A stretch of 62,491 nt of DNA, the filler included. It is 4 parts of 4 records of this genome, joined end to end, with 100 filler letters (N's around TTAATTAATTAA, not from the genome) between each part and the next. Parts side by side here need not be neighbours in the genome. Positions count along the whole stretch, not along the records: positions 1 to 21,558 come from SRR31156797_12383; 3 more parts are not named here. The stretch is one strand, 5' to 3'. The first letter of the stretch is position 1. Each line of letters starts with the position of its first letter. The notes under the pieces are model-generated. The model did no database searches, was not told where the DNA came from, and saw nothing but the letters and a program-made list of their open reading frames with translations. Positions 1 through 9,952 of the stretch are shown piece after piece. The position numbers and the translations under genes were made by a program.

Positions 1-591
1 CAGAGCCGCAACAGTTGCGCTGTGTCAGATCCTTGCCTGGTGGTCCATGTGGACAACACCCAGGCCGCGCATTGCCTGATGGGCAAGTGCACATTCTTCG
101 TTACCCGCATGGGACGTACCCAGCAGGAACATGGATTCAAGGCGGTTGACGGTGTCACCCTTCTTGTTCTTTAAAATCAAATCCTTGTCGCGAGTGTCCT
201 TGATGCGGCGCGCAATGCGATCCAGCATCCAGTCCCAGCTCTTCTCTTCCCATTTGTCGCTGTATGGAGCGCGATACAGGGGCTTTTGCAAACGATGGTG
301 GCTGGTGGTCATGCTGAACATGGCCGCGCCCTTGGCACAGAGTGCGCCTTCGTTGATCGGATAATCCGGATCACCTTCCGCGTTGACGAGCTTGCCGTTT
401 TTGACATGCCCGATAACGTGACAACTCACCGAACAAAACGGACAAACGGTCACAACCTCTTTAGCACCCGAAATTTTTAACGTTCCGGCGTAGGCCTTGA
501 CCGGAGTGAGACTCACTCCGAGCTGCCCGAGGGTGAGACACGCCGCGCTGGTTCCTGCGAGCTTGATAAAGCTTCGGCGGTCGAGTTTCAT
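1..591 (-). CDS. fdhA: Formate dehydrogenase alpha subunit (Mo/W-bis-PGD, selenocysteine), 5' part; runs off the window start
   Basis: Tat signal (DRRSFIK), Fe-S motif CPFCSVSC...LCAKG. HMDHQARI is followed by TGA (25-27) and the frame continues in-frame as HSATVAAL, the classic ARI-U-HS Sec site. Confidence 0.93.
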
Positions 592-696
592 ACCTATGGC
601 CTCCTTGATAATTGCCGCGCCCTATGACGCTCGGCAGTGTTATTCTCGAACGGAGTGTTCAAGTGCAATTACCATAGCATAAAATTCAATTAAATC

Positions 697-718
697 AATA
701 TGTTATATTTAACATATT
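697..718. promoter_or_regulatory. Perfect 9-bp inverted repeat upstream of fdhA, candidate operator
   Basis: AATATGTTA-tatt-TAACATATT lies between the ModE-like gene and the fdhA start. Confidence 0.5.
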
Positions 719-737
719 AAAAGGCGCAGGACATTTT

Positions 738-1157
738 TTACTCATACTTTTCAAGGGAAAAAGGAAAACATTCCTGCCCCTTGGAGAGGGCGTAAGATTC
801 GACATCCTGGTACCATTTATCGAACTCCTTCGCGATACCACATCCGAACTGCGTAAGGTGGTATCCGGCCCGTCTGCTCGTGGCCCTCTCAATGAGTTTT
901 CGACCGATCAATTCCTCAGTGGTTTTGATCTTTCCCCAAGCTCCACGATAGGACATTCCCAAAGATTCGGCGGCGGCTTTGAGGGACCCACAACGCTCAA
1001 CCTGACGAAGCAATTGCAAGCGTCCAAGGCCGAACAAAACACCTTCTTTGGTTTCGACCCACAAATGCATCCGCATAGTTGGACCCAACGCGGAAGCGAG
1101 GGGCGTTCCAACGCCTGTCGCAGCACCAGCGGATTCGATCATTTCGGATTTCAGCAT
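738..1157 (-). CDS. ModE-family (N-terminal wHTH only) transcriptional regulator
   Basis: LFGLGRLQLLRQVERCGSLKAAAESLGMSYRGAWGKIK matches the ModE/LysR-type HTH; adjacent to fdh. Confidence 0.85.
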   Translation of the reverse strand: MLKSEMIESAGAATGVGTPLASALGPTMRMHLWVETKEGVLFGLGRLQLLRQVERCGSLKAAAESLGMSYRGAWGKIKTTEELIGRKLIERATSRRAGYHLTQFGCGIAKEFDKWYQDVESYALSKGQECFPFSLEKYE

Positions 1158-1160
1158 AGC

Positions 1161-2825
1161 TTACCTCCCAAAAGGACATTTGGGGAATGTGCATGCAGTA
1201 CACTCCATACACATTCCGCCGTTGCCCATCCTCGCGAAATCAGCACGAGCAATGGGCAAATCAGCCATAAGCCTGGGCAACAATATGTCCAGACTGGTTG
1301 TTTTGTGGAAAAGGGCGCAGGCCGGGACACCCAGAACACGGGCGTTCCCAATGCTTCCGACCAAAGTCATGGCACCGGGTAAAACCGGCATTCCGTGCAC
1401 CATCTCTGTCAGTCCGGCAGCCATCAATCCTTGTCGCGTGACATCATCCGGGTCCACGGACAGACCGGCGGTGGTGATAATCAAATCACATCCGAGCCTT
1501 TCCAAACCACGGACCGCGCCAGCAATTTCACTGGCGTCATCTGGTCGAATCAATGTCTCTATAATAGAACCACCAAGATTGACGACTTTGGCTTCCAGGA
1601 CCTCGGCGAACCGATCCTTGATCAATCCCTTAAAAACTTCGTTGCCAGTGATGAGTAAACCGACCTTGGTCTTCTTCAACGGGGCGAGGGAAAACAGCGG
1701 GGCATCATTTAGAATGGCGAGTGCCCGCCCGAAAATCGATTGTTCGAGAAAAAGAGGAATAGCTCTGGTGGCAGCGGCCCTTCTGCCCTTACGAACCAGA
1801 CTATAGTTATGGCGACTGGCAGCCATAACGCTACCCAATGAGTTGAAAGCCGTCAGCAATGGTTCGTTGACCACAAGCATACCGTCCTGCTTGGCCAGCA
1901 AATTCACACGCCCTTCACGCGGATCACCCTCAGCCACAACACCGTCACCACACATTGCTTTGGCGAAGGTTCTCGCGGCATCATCCTCATGAATGAAACC
2001 AGCCGGTGCTTCCTGATCCACATACAGATTAAAACGCCCCATCTGCTGCAACCGGCAGACATCCCCAGCAGTGACCACATGGCCACGGGAAAATTCAACG
2101 CCCTTTGATTCGCCGGGGACGATGCGCGTCATATCGTGCGCGATAGTCTTGCCAACGCTTTCTTCAAGCGGAGTGGAAGGGATGGCTGTTTCGATGTCTG
2201 TGGCAACCGGCAGACTTCTGTCACCAACATACGGAGAATCCCCGGCGCAGGAACGACAAATCGCACCATGAAATTCAGGATAAGCATCACCACAAATCGG
2301 ACAAAGGGCGATGGTACCCTTGCTCCGTTTGGCAACAACGTCCGGCTTGATCAACACGTTTTCGACTGACAACATCTCTAGACCATGATCACGAATTTCC
2401 CGCCGCAATTCCTTGGAATTCTGGTCCTGCTTGGGCTTAGTTTTCATCAACCAGCACAAGGTGTGTGGGAAACATGTCAGCTTGCTCGGGTCAAGTCGTA
2501 CCCTAACGCCTTCACCAGTGAATTTATCGAATAATGACACTGCATACACGCCGGTATTCCGAACCCGCAGCCAGCCGTTGCCGATGGTACAGGGTGTCAA
2601 CAACTGTACGGCATCAGGCAAGCACCAAGAGGTCTCGGAAATGGCATCAAACAACACGCCTTCAGGAATGTGCCGCTTGGCTTCTTCAACCATATACCCA
2701 CCCAGCAATAACCCGGGGGCAGGATAGTTATGAAACCAGGTGGCGAGGTCCACAAACCCGTCAAAGGTAAAAGCCTGCCCCTCTGACAGTATAGGAGTTG
2801 TTGTCTCGGTCATTTGAGTATGCAT
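1161..2825 (-). CDS. FmdE-family / Zn-finger / molybdopterin-binding (MoeA-like) fusion protein
   Basis: FHNYPAPGLLLG and CLPDAVQLLTPCTIGN (FmdE), CPIC...CRSC, GLSVDPDDVT and PVLPGAM (MoCF), C-terminal CMEC..C.FPKC. ATG 2825 has a GGAG SD. Confidence 0.85.
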   Translation of the reverse strand: MHTQMTETTTPILSEGQAFTFDGFVDLATWFHNYPAPGLLLGGYMVEEAKRHIPEGVLFDAISETSWCLPDAVQLLTPCTIGNGWLRVRNTGVYAVSLFDKFTGEGVRVRLDPSKLTCFPHTLCWLMKTKPKQDQNSKELRREIRDHGLEMLSVENVLIKPDVVAKRSKGTIALCPICGDAYPEFHGAICRSCAGDSPYVGDRSLPVATDIETAIPSTPLEESVGKTIAHDMTRIVPGESKGVEFSRGHVVTAGDVCRLQQMGRFNLYVDQEAPAGFIHEDDAARTFAKAMCGDGVVAEGDPREGRVNLLAKQDGMLVVNEPLLTAFNSLGSVMAASRHNYSLVRKGRRAAATRAIPLFLEQSIFGRALAILNDAPLFSLAPLKKTKVGLLITGNEVFKGLIKDRFAEVLEAKVVNLGGSIIETLIRPDDASEIAGAVRGLERLGCDLIITTAGLSVDPDDVTRQGLMAAGLTEMVHGMPVLPGAMTLVGSIGNARVLGVPACALFHKTTSLDILLPRLMADLPIARADFARMGNGGMCMECTACTFPKCPFGR

Positions 2826-3278
2826 TATTCTCCAATAGATATTATTGTGCTCACTTGAGCACAATTACCCCCTAGGGAGAATGCCAGGATAGACACAACA
2901 CCTATGAACTTACTCAAGGTTTGACACAACAATAAAAATTAATACAAATATTTCAAGTTTATGCATACATGGCAACAAATCTACCACCAACTCCAGACCC
3001 TAGAGGTCATAAAAAGAAACCAATTAATCTCAGATGGTTGCCTTGCCAAAAAGCAAAATCAAAAAAAAACAAAATACCGGTGTCAAACCGTTGTTAAGTT
3101 GTAAAGATCTTCTTTTTTACATTCCTACATTGAGATTTTGCACAAATTATCGCCCCAAAGGTACACACACGTTGCTCCTCAATATAAAATAGAATTGTCA
3201 ATTGTTCATTTTGAAATAATAATTGCGAACCTATTATTCTATGACATGCTGACAAGAATGACAGACAGGAGAAATAAA

Positions 3279-4388
3279 ATGAAACGGAGCATCATATTTG
3301 TATGCATACTTCTCTTTGTAGTATTCTTCGGCCCCAATTTTATGGGCTGTTCACAGCCCGACTCTTTACAGATTGGAGCCGTTTTAATCCTGACAGATCG
3401 AAATGGAAACCAACTTTCAGTTGAGAGGGAAATTCTCGACGGCATGCATATGGCGATAAAGGAAATCAATGAAGACGGGGGCATTGTTGGAACAAGAATC
3501 GAACTGATCTACAAAGACTGTCAAGGAGTCCCGGAACTGGCAAAAAAACAATTTCGAGAACTTGCAGCACAATCCCCTGCGGCTGTCATCACCATATATA
3601 CCCATATCACAGAAGCACTCGTTCCCGTGGCTACAGAGTTGGAAACCATTCAACTTGCGACCATGGCAACGGGTGAAGGAATTACAGACAACGGGCCATA
3701 CTCATTCAGATATTGGCCTCAAGCCTCGGATGAGGGCCGTGCCATATTGCCTTTGGTGGATAAACTCGGAGTTCGCAAACTCGGGCTGATCAATATTGAT
3801 AACACTTACGGAAATTCCGTTTCAAATGAACTCTCCAGACTACTGGCAACAAAAGATGTGACAACGCAGAAAATAGTCTACAGCGAGATTACCCCTTCGC
3901 TCAACAAAAGGCTTGAAGCGCTTACAGACTGTGACGCCATCAGCTTCACCTGTTTTCCCAAAGACATTGAGCCACTGGCTAAAATCATACGTCAAAAATA
4001 TCCAAAGATGCCTTTGATCGGCCCCAACAGCATTTCAAGCCCCCATTACCTTAAAAATCCAGTTTTTGACGGAATTTATGTTGCGGCTCCACTCGTGTAC
4101 AACCCGGCCTCCCCTTACCTCGGAAACGTCGGGACAAAATTTGAAAAAATATACGGGCTCCCTTTGAGTCAATACTCAGCAATCGGCTATGATATTATTA
4201 TTTTACTATCTCAAATCATTAGCAAAAACGGAGCTTCAGCAGAAGCCATTAAAAACACCTTTGAAGCGGGATTCATTTTCCCAGGGCTCTTCGGCGACGT
4301 AGTCAACAATAAAGGGTCACACCATATGACGTACCAACTCATCCCGGCCAAAATCAAAAATGAACAGCTGATATATCAAAGGCGCTAG
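3279..4388 (+). CDS. Periplasmic substrate-binding protein (LivJ/type I PBP family), probable sensor partner
   Basis: N-terminal hydrophobic leader, AIKEINEDGGIVG..IELIYKD, GYD motif. ATG 3279 follows AGGAG; the gene abuts the kinase gene. Confidence 0.8.
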   Translation: MKRSIIFVCILLFVVFFGPNFMGCSQPDSLQIGAVLILTDRNGNQLSVEREILDGMHMAIKEINEDGGIVGTRIELIYKDCQGVPELAKKQFRELAAQSPAAVITIYTHITEALVPVATELETIQLATMATGEGITDNGPYSFRYWPQASDEGRAILPLVDKLGVRKLGLINIDNTYGNSVSNELSRLLATKDVTTQKIVYSEITPSLNKRLEALTDCDAISFTCFPKDIEPLAKIIRQKYPKMPLIGPNSISSPHYLKNPVFDGIYVAAPLVYNPASPYLGNVGTKFEKIYGLPLSQYSAIGYDIIILLSQIISKNGASAEAIKNTFEAGFIFPGLFGDVVNNKGSHHMTYQLIPAKIKNEQLIYQRR

Positions 4389-4389
4389 T

Positions 4390-6540
4390 ATGTACCTGAC
4401 CACCCGATTTATCACAGGGATCGTCATTTTTGTCCTCATGCTGTTCAGTCTGACAGCCATGGTCTATCAGCAAAGCCACAAGGCCCTCCAAGACCGTGTC
4501 GAGCATGACGGGATGCTGGTGGCAAACTTCATATCAAACAACCTCCACAACAACTTCACATTCATTGAAGAAGACATGAAACTCTTTCTGATATCTTCGA
4601 TGAGTGACGTCCCTCCTCATGCCCAATCATTAAAGAATATCTTTACCAATAAACTACTCCAGCGTCGTTTCATCCGTTTTTTCGAAACTGAATATGGATA
4701 CCGTATTTACGAAAAAGTCATGGTTTTCGACAACAAAGGGAATATTATTTCATCCACAGATGAGGCGATCGACGAAACATCTCAAAAGTTCTGGTGGCAA
4801 AAGAGTCTCACTGACAAAAAAGGACTCACTCTTGTACAGGATTTACAAGGGCAACAAAAATTGAGCATTTCCATAAAAATCCACAATTCAAAAAAAGAAG
4901 TCGTCGGTGTCATGCAGGCCGTATGTTCTGTTGCATCCCTTGTTCGTGGCGGGGGCATGAACCTCAAAAACATGAACGCACGACAAATCGACCTCCTCAC
5001 CCAAGAAGGGACCATACTTTATTCAACGGCGTTGCATGCTCCATTCATGCAGTTCCCAGACCATCTGTTGCTCGAAAAGATACTCCAAGGTGAACGAACA
5101 TTTGTTCGAACAAATGCTAACGGAATCAAAGAGTTAATAATAGCTCTTCCTCATTCTCATTTGTCCTCAGAACACTTTACCAAAATTTTGCTCCTTTACC
5201 TTGATTACAACACCCTGTTTCAACCGGTCTTACAACTACGTCTCTGGATTTGGGCAGGGGCTTTTGCTCTGATATTGATCGCAGGCATCTTCTTCATTCT
5301 CGTCAGGAACATCACTATCCAAGAAGCAAACGCTTCCGCTCTCATCAAAAATGAAAAAATCCTCCAAAGTATCCTCACCGGCATTGAAGCGCTGGTCATA
5401 TTCGTTGACAAAGAAACACACACGATCACATGGGCAAACTCCATGAGCAATGAACTTCTCGGGATTCCTGCAGAGGAAATGATCGACGAGAAATGTTACA
5501 AATACATCTGCCATTGTGAACAAGGCAGACAAAAACATGAATGCCCTGCAGACAACAAAAAAACTCTACACACCGAATTTACGCTACAAAAAAGAGACAA
5601 GACTATCATTCCCATAATGAAAACCGTACTGAACGCGCAGATAGAAGATCGGCCTCATTATATTGCCATAATATTCGACATCACCCACAGAAAATCCGTT
5701 GAACGCCAACTCTTGCAGGCACAAAAACTTGAAAGTGTCGGCAATCTGGCTGCAGGGATAGCACATGAAATCAACACGCCTTCACAATACATCTCTGAAA
5801 ATCTCAGATTCATCGACACAGCCATGAAATCACTGGTACACTTTTACGATATATTCCAAACCATCCTGAAAGAAAAAGAACCGTCTCAATCGACTCTCAT
5901 CAAGCAACTTAAAGCGCATGGTAAGGACGCCGACATGGACTATTTGCTTGAAGAGGTCCCGCAGGCTTTGTCTCAATCTCTGGAAGGAATCCAAAACATC
6001 ACAGACATTGTCCAAGCTATGAAGCGCTTTGCTCATCCAGGCAACCGAAAAAAATTGATGGCAGACATCAACGACTCTTTAAAAAAAACCAGTGTCGTAT
6101 GCCGAAACGAGTGGAAATATCATGCGAAATTGGTCTATGATCTTGATGAGAATCTTCCCATGGTAGAATGTCGAATCAATGACATCAACCAGGTCTTTCT
6201 CAACCTTATCGTCAATGCAGCACACGCTGTTTCGGCGAAACACAAGGAGACTGAAGAAAAAGGGGCGATTATACTGACGACTTTTCAACAAAAGGATAAT
6301 GTCTTTATCGTGGTCAGTGATACAGGAATGGGAATACCTAGCTCGCTTCTGAATCGAATATTCGACCCTTTTTTCACCACCAAAGAGGTGGGCGCGGGCA
6401 CAGGACAAGGACTCGCAATCAGCTACTCAATAATTGTCGAAGGACACGACGGAACAATTACCGTTGAAAGCGACGAAGGCATAGGTACCCAATTCACCAT
6501 TCGATTGCCGATAAAGACTCAAGGAGACTCCGATGGATGA
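4390..6540 (+). CDS. Membrane PAS sensor histidine kinase (NtrB-like)
   Basis: Two TMs flanking a periplasmic domain, PAS, H-box AAGIAHEINTP, N-box QVFLNLIVNA, DTGMG, FDPFFTTK, GTGQGL. Confidence 0.93.
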   Translation: MYLTTRFITGIVIFVLMLFSLTAMVYQQSHKALQDRVEHDGMLVANFISNNLHNNFTFIEEDMKLFLISSMSDVPPHAQSLKNIFTNKLLQRRFIRFFETEYGYRIYEKVMVFDNKGNIISSTDEAIDETSQKFWWQKSLTDKKGLTLVQDLQGQQKLSISIKIHNSKKEVVGVMQAVCSVASLVRGGGMNLKNMNARQIDLLTQEGTILYSTALHAPFMQFPDHLLLEKILQGERTFVRTNANGIKELIIALPHSHLSSEHFTKILLLYLDYNTLFQPVLQLRLWIWAGAFALILIAGIFFILVRNITIQEANASALIKNEKILQSILTGIEALVIFVDKETHTITWANSMSNELLGIPAEEMIDEKCYKYICHCEQGRQKHECPADNKKTLHTEFTLQKRDKTIIPIMKTVLNAQIEDRPHYIAIIFDITHRKSVERQLLQAQKLESVGNLAAGIAHEINTPSQYISENLRFIDTAMKSLVHFYDIFQTILKEKEPSQSTLIKQLKAHGKDADMDYLLEEVPQALSQSLEGIQNITDIVQAMKRFAHPGNRKKLMADINDSLKKTSVVCRNEWKYHAKLVYDLDENLPMVECRINDINQVFLNLIVNAAHAVSAKHKETEEKGAIILTTFQQKDNVFIVVSDTGMGIPSSLLNRIFDPFFTTKEVGAGTGQGLAISYSIIVEGHDGTITVESDEGIGTQFTIRLPIKTQGDSDG

Positions 6541-7786
6541 CCTGATTCGCATACTCTTCGTGGATGATGAACCCAATGTGCTCGCTGCGCTTAAGCGCAT
6601 GCTCAGAAGCAAACACAAAGAATGGGACATGCTCTTTGTGGAAAACGGCGCAGATGCAATCTCCCTCATAAAACAAAACGAGTTCGACATTATTGTTTCC
6701 GACATTCGTATGCCAGGGATTGATGGAGGAGAACTGCTCAATCGCGTGAAGGACCTGTCTCCCAAAACAATCCGAATCGCGCTCTCTGGACAGGTAGACA
6801 TGACCGAGGTGATGCAAAGCATCAGAGCTGTACACCAATACATTTCAAAACCATGTGAAGCCGATTACCTCATCGACAGAATAGAAGGGGCACTTCACTC
6901 TCAGGCAGTATTGACCGACCAGCGAATGCTGGAAATGGTCACAGAAGTTGAAGCTTTACCGGTCATCCCTGAAGTCTTTCAAAACACGGAGGCCGAGCTA
7001 CGGAAAAAGGAACCTTCCATAGACATTATCGCAGGATACATCACACAGGATGTTGGACTTGTGACCAAGATTATTAAACTGATCAACTCTCCGTACTTCG
7101 GACTGCCCACGCAAGTTGATTCAGTAGAAAAAGCCATCACCATGCTTGGACTCGACACCATACGAGCTCTTATTCTATCAACACATCTTTTCACCATGTA
7201 TGGTGACAACACCTTGCCGGGCTTCTCGCTCTCCCTACTTTGGGAACACAGTTTCAGGGTCTCCAACATCGCTCGCCTCATCGCTAGTTATGAAAAAGAA
7301 CCACAAAAGGTCATCATCCAATGCCGAATGGCCGGACTTCTTCACGACGTGGGGAAATTAGTCATGGCCAACTCCTTCCCCCAAAAATACACGGAAGTAC
7401 TTACACAAGTTTCACTCCCTAACGACTTGTCTGTCCACTCAGCAGAAAAGAAAGTCTTCGGGACAACTCATGCTGAAATCGGCGCGTATCTGATGGGCCT
7501 ATGGGGCATGTCCAACAACGTGGTGCATGCCATAGGGCATCATCACGGTTTCAACAAACCCGATGGGAGTGTTGCCATGTACCTGTCAATTGCCAACACC
7601 ATTGACCACAACTTCGTCGTCTTCAACGACCAATATGAACGTATCAAGTTCGAAAAAGGCCTAGCCCCGATAATTCTGGATCAAAACAAATTGGCTCTTT
7701 GGGTGCCCCACATCAATGAGAATTGGCCTGAAGATTCTCCTCTCACTGATTTTAACCCTGAAATCATCAACGAACTGATCGCATAG
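6533..7786 (+). CDS. Response regulator with REC and HDOD domains
   Basis: ILFVDDE...SDIRMP...KP receiver; KLINSPYFG, LWEHS, AGLLHDVGK and THAEIGAYL HDOD motifs. Confidence 0.9.
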   Translation: MDDLIRILFVDDEPNVLAALKRMLRSKHKEWDMLFVENGADAISLIKQNEFDIIVSDIRMPGIDGGELLNRVKDLSPKTIRIALSGQVDMTEVMQSIRAVHQYISKPCEADYLIDRIEGALHSQAVLTDQRMLEMVTEVEALPVIPEVFQNTEAELRKKEPSIDIIAGYITQDVGLVTKIIKLINSPYFGLPTQVDSVEKAITMLGLDTIRALILSTHLFTMYGDNTLPGFSLSLLWEHSFRVSNIARLIASYEKEPQKVIIQCRMAGLLHDVGKLVMANSFPQKYTEVLTQVSLPNDLSVHSAEKKVFGTTHAEIGAYLMGLWGMSNNVVHAIGHHHGFNKPDGSVAMYLSIANTIDHNFVVFNDQYERIKFEKGLAPIILDQNKLALWVPHINENWPEDSPLTDFNPEIINELIA

Positions 7787-7795
7787 GAGTCAAGC

Positions 7796-8944
7796 ATGCC
7801 TACACGAATTCTTCTCGTGGATGACGAGCCCAATGTTCTTTCTGCCTTACGTCGTCAACTCCGCGACCTTTATGAAATTGAAGTACAGACCGACCCGACC
7901 ATGGCTCTTCTTGATATCGACAAAAGAAAACCGTTCGCAGCCGTTGTTTCCGACTTCAGAATGCCCAAAATGAATGGCATCGAATTCCTGAATGAATTCA
8001 AGCAAAAAAGCCCGGACACAACTCGCCTCATGCTGACAGGGTATGCAGATCTAGAAAACGCTATCAGAGCCGTTAACGACGGTAATGTGTTCAGATTCCT
8101 GACAAAACCATGCGACAATGAAACGTTCGTCAACAACGTCAAAGACGCTGTCAAACAATACGAACTGGTCACGGCAAAGAAAATCCTGCTTGAAAAGACC
8201 CTGAAAGGCAGCGTTGAACTACTGAGTGAAATAACCGCATTGGTTAACCCTGAAGCCGGCGAACGCATCAACAGGGTAAGACGATATGTCCGTTACATGA
8301 TAAAACAAAAGGGTGTTAAGGATTGTTGGAGATACGACATTGCAACCATGCTGTCTCAACTCGGAACGCTCATTCTGCCTCCTGGAACCATCGAAAACCT
8401 TTGCGAGGGGGAAGAACTCTCCCCTGAACAGGTCCAGTTGTTTGAAATGCACCCCGTTATCGCCCAAAACCTCATCACAAAACTACCACGGCTCAAATCC
8501 ATCGGCGATATGATTGCATACCAACTCAAAGGATTTGACGGATCAGGAACGCCGAGAGATCCCGTAAAGGGTGAGGACATTCCCCTTGGAGGACGCATAC
8601 TCCGGCTTGCGCTTGATTATGATTTAGCCTTGCAGTGTGAGGAAAATTCACAAAAAGCCTTTCTTCGGCTTGAAAAAGAAGCAGATGTATATGACCCGGA
8701 ACTCCTCTATTATCTGGAAGGAATGCTCGGTGTCGAAGCTCGATATGAAATTCAATCAGTGCTTTTCAACGAACTCAGACCAGGCATGATTCTGCATGAG
8801 GATATCATTTCAACTCAGGGTGCAATGTTGCTGCGAAAAAGCTTAGAGCTCGACAAAGGAAAAATCGATCGAATACATATGTTTGCCAATGAAGTAGGCA
8901 TCAACACAACCATTACAGTCCTTGTCCCGGAAGCAGGAGAATAG
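7796..8944 (+). CDS. Response regulator with REC and degenerate HD-GYP domains
   Basis: Receiver is intact; the HD motif is replaced by SQ (MLSQLG) and GYP by GTP (FDGSGTP). Confidence 0.8.
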   Translation: MPTRILLVDDEPNVLSALRRQLRDLYEIEVQTDPTMALLDIDKRKPFAAVVSDFRMPKMNGIEFLNEFKQKSPDTTRLMLTGYADLENAIRAVNDGNVFRFLTKPCDNETFVNNVKDAVKQYELVTAKKILLEKTLKGSVELLSEITALVNPEAGERINRVRRYVRYMIKQKGVKDCWRYDIATMLSQLGTLILPPGTIENLCEGEELSPEQVQLFEMHPVIAQNLITKLPRLKSIGDMIAYQLKGFDGSGTPRDPVKGEDIPLGGRILRLALDYDLALQCEENSQKAFLRLEKEADVYDPELLYYLEGMLGVEARYEIQSVLFNELRPGMILHEDIISTQGAMLLRKSLELDKGKIDRIHMFANEVGINTTITVLVPEAGE

Positions 8945-9952
8945 ATGCACACAGGAAAAGACTACAAGCATGTAAAAGTGTTGCTGGTGGATGACGAAGA
9001 AAAAATACTGCAAAGCCATCGCAGGACACTCAGAACACACTTTCAGGTTCACACGGCTTTGGGAGGAAAATCCGCCCTTGAAATTCTTGAGAATGACGGG
9101 CCATTTGCGGTTATCGTTTCCGACATCAAGATGCCATCCATGACTGGGGTCGAACTTCTGTCAATCGTACGAGAAAAATACCCGGATACCATCAGAATAG
9201 TACTGACAGGATACGCCGATCTGGAACTCGCTATTAATGCGGTCAATCGTGGAGACATCTTCCGATTCATGACCAAACCATGCGCCAAAGACGATCTCAT
9301 CGCCGCTATTACCGAAGGGATCAAACAATATCACATGACCAAAACGACCCAGGAATACGCTGTGGTCAAACGCCTTCAAAAAGGACTTGAAGGGACTTTG
9401 CGAGCTTTCACTCGACTTGTTGAATTCAGAGATCCCTACACCGCCGGGCACATGGACAGAGTCGCCGGGATTGCGACGAACATCGCCGAACGCATGGAGC
9501 TTGAACGAGATCGAATCGAAGCGATCAGGCTTGCTTCCCTCGTTCACGACATTGGCAAAATTGCCGTCCCAGCCGGGATACTAAACAAACCGGGAGAGCT
9601 CAATGATGCAGAATTCGCCTTGATAAAGGCACATCCTCTGGTTGGAGCAGAAATTTTTGAAACACTCGATACGGATTGGCCCATATCGAGGATCATACTT
9701 GAACACCACGAACGCATTGACGGTTCTGGCTATCCCAATGGGCTGCTCGGCAATCAAATGTTACTGGAGTCAATGATCTTGTCTGTGGCCGATGTTGTTG
9801 ATGCCATCACGACACACAGACCATACAGGCAAAGCCTTGGTCGTCAAAAGGCAATTGATTATCTCAAAAAAAACAGCGGAGTAGAGTTCGCGCCGGAAGT
9901 GGTCTCTATTGCTGTCGATATGCTTGAAAACGACTGGATTCTGGACAGTTAG
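8945..9952 (+). CDS. Response regulator with REC and HD-GYP c-di-GMP phosphodiesterase domains
   Basis: RDPYTAGH, HDIGK, HHERIDGSGYP, VADVVDA and HRPYR are all intact. Confidence 0.92.
   Translation: MHTGKDYKHVKVLLVDDEEKILQSHRRTLRTHFQVHTALGGKSALEILENDGPFAVIVSDIKMPSMTGVELLSIVREKYPDTIRIVLTGYADLELAINAVNRGDIFRFMTKPCAKDDLIAAITEGIKQYHMTKTTQEYAVVKRLQKGLEGTLRAFTRLVEFRDPYTAGHMDRVAGIATNIAERMELERDRIEAIRLASLVHDIGKIAVPAGILNKPGELNDAEFALIKAHPLVGAEIFETLDTDWPISRIILEHHERIDGSGYPNGLLGNQMLLESMILSVADVVDAITTHRPYRQSLGRQKAIDYLKKNSGVEFAPEVVSIAVDMLENDWILDS

Noticed and set aside
664-680. sigma54 promoter for fdhA (minus ATGCTATGGTAATTGCA)
   Set aside because: The -12 element is good but the -24 element has GC instead of the invariant GG.
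858-1806. Long plus-strand ORFs (174 and 252 aa) and similar overlapping ORFs elsewhere
   Set aside because: Antisense shadows of well-supported genes with no motifs of their own.
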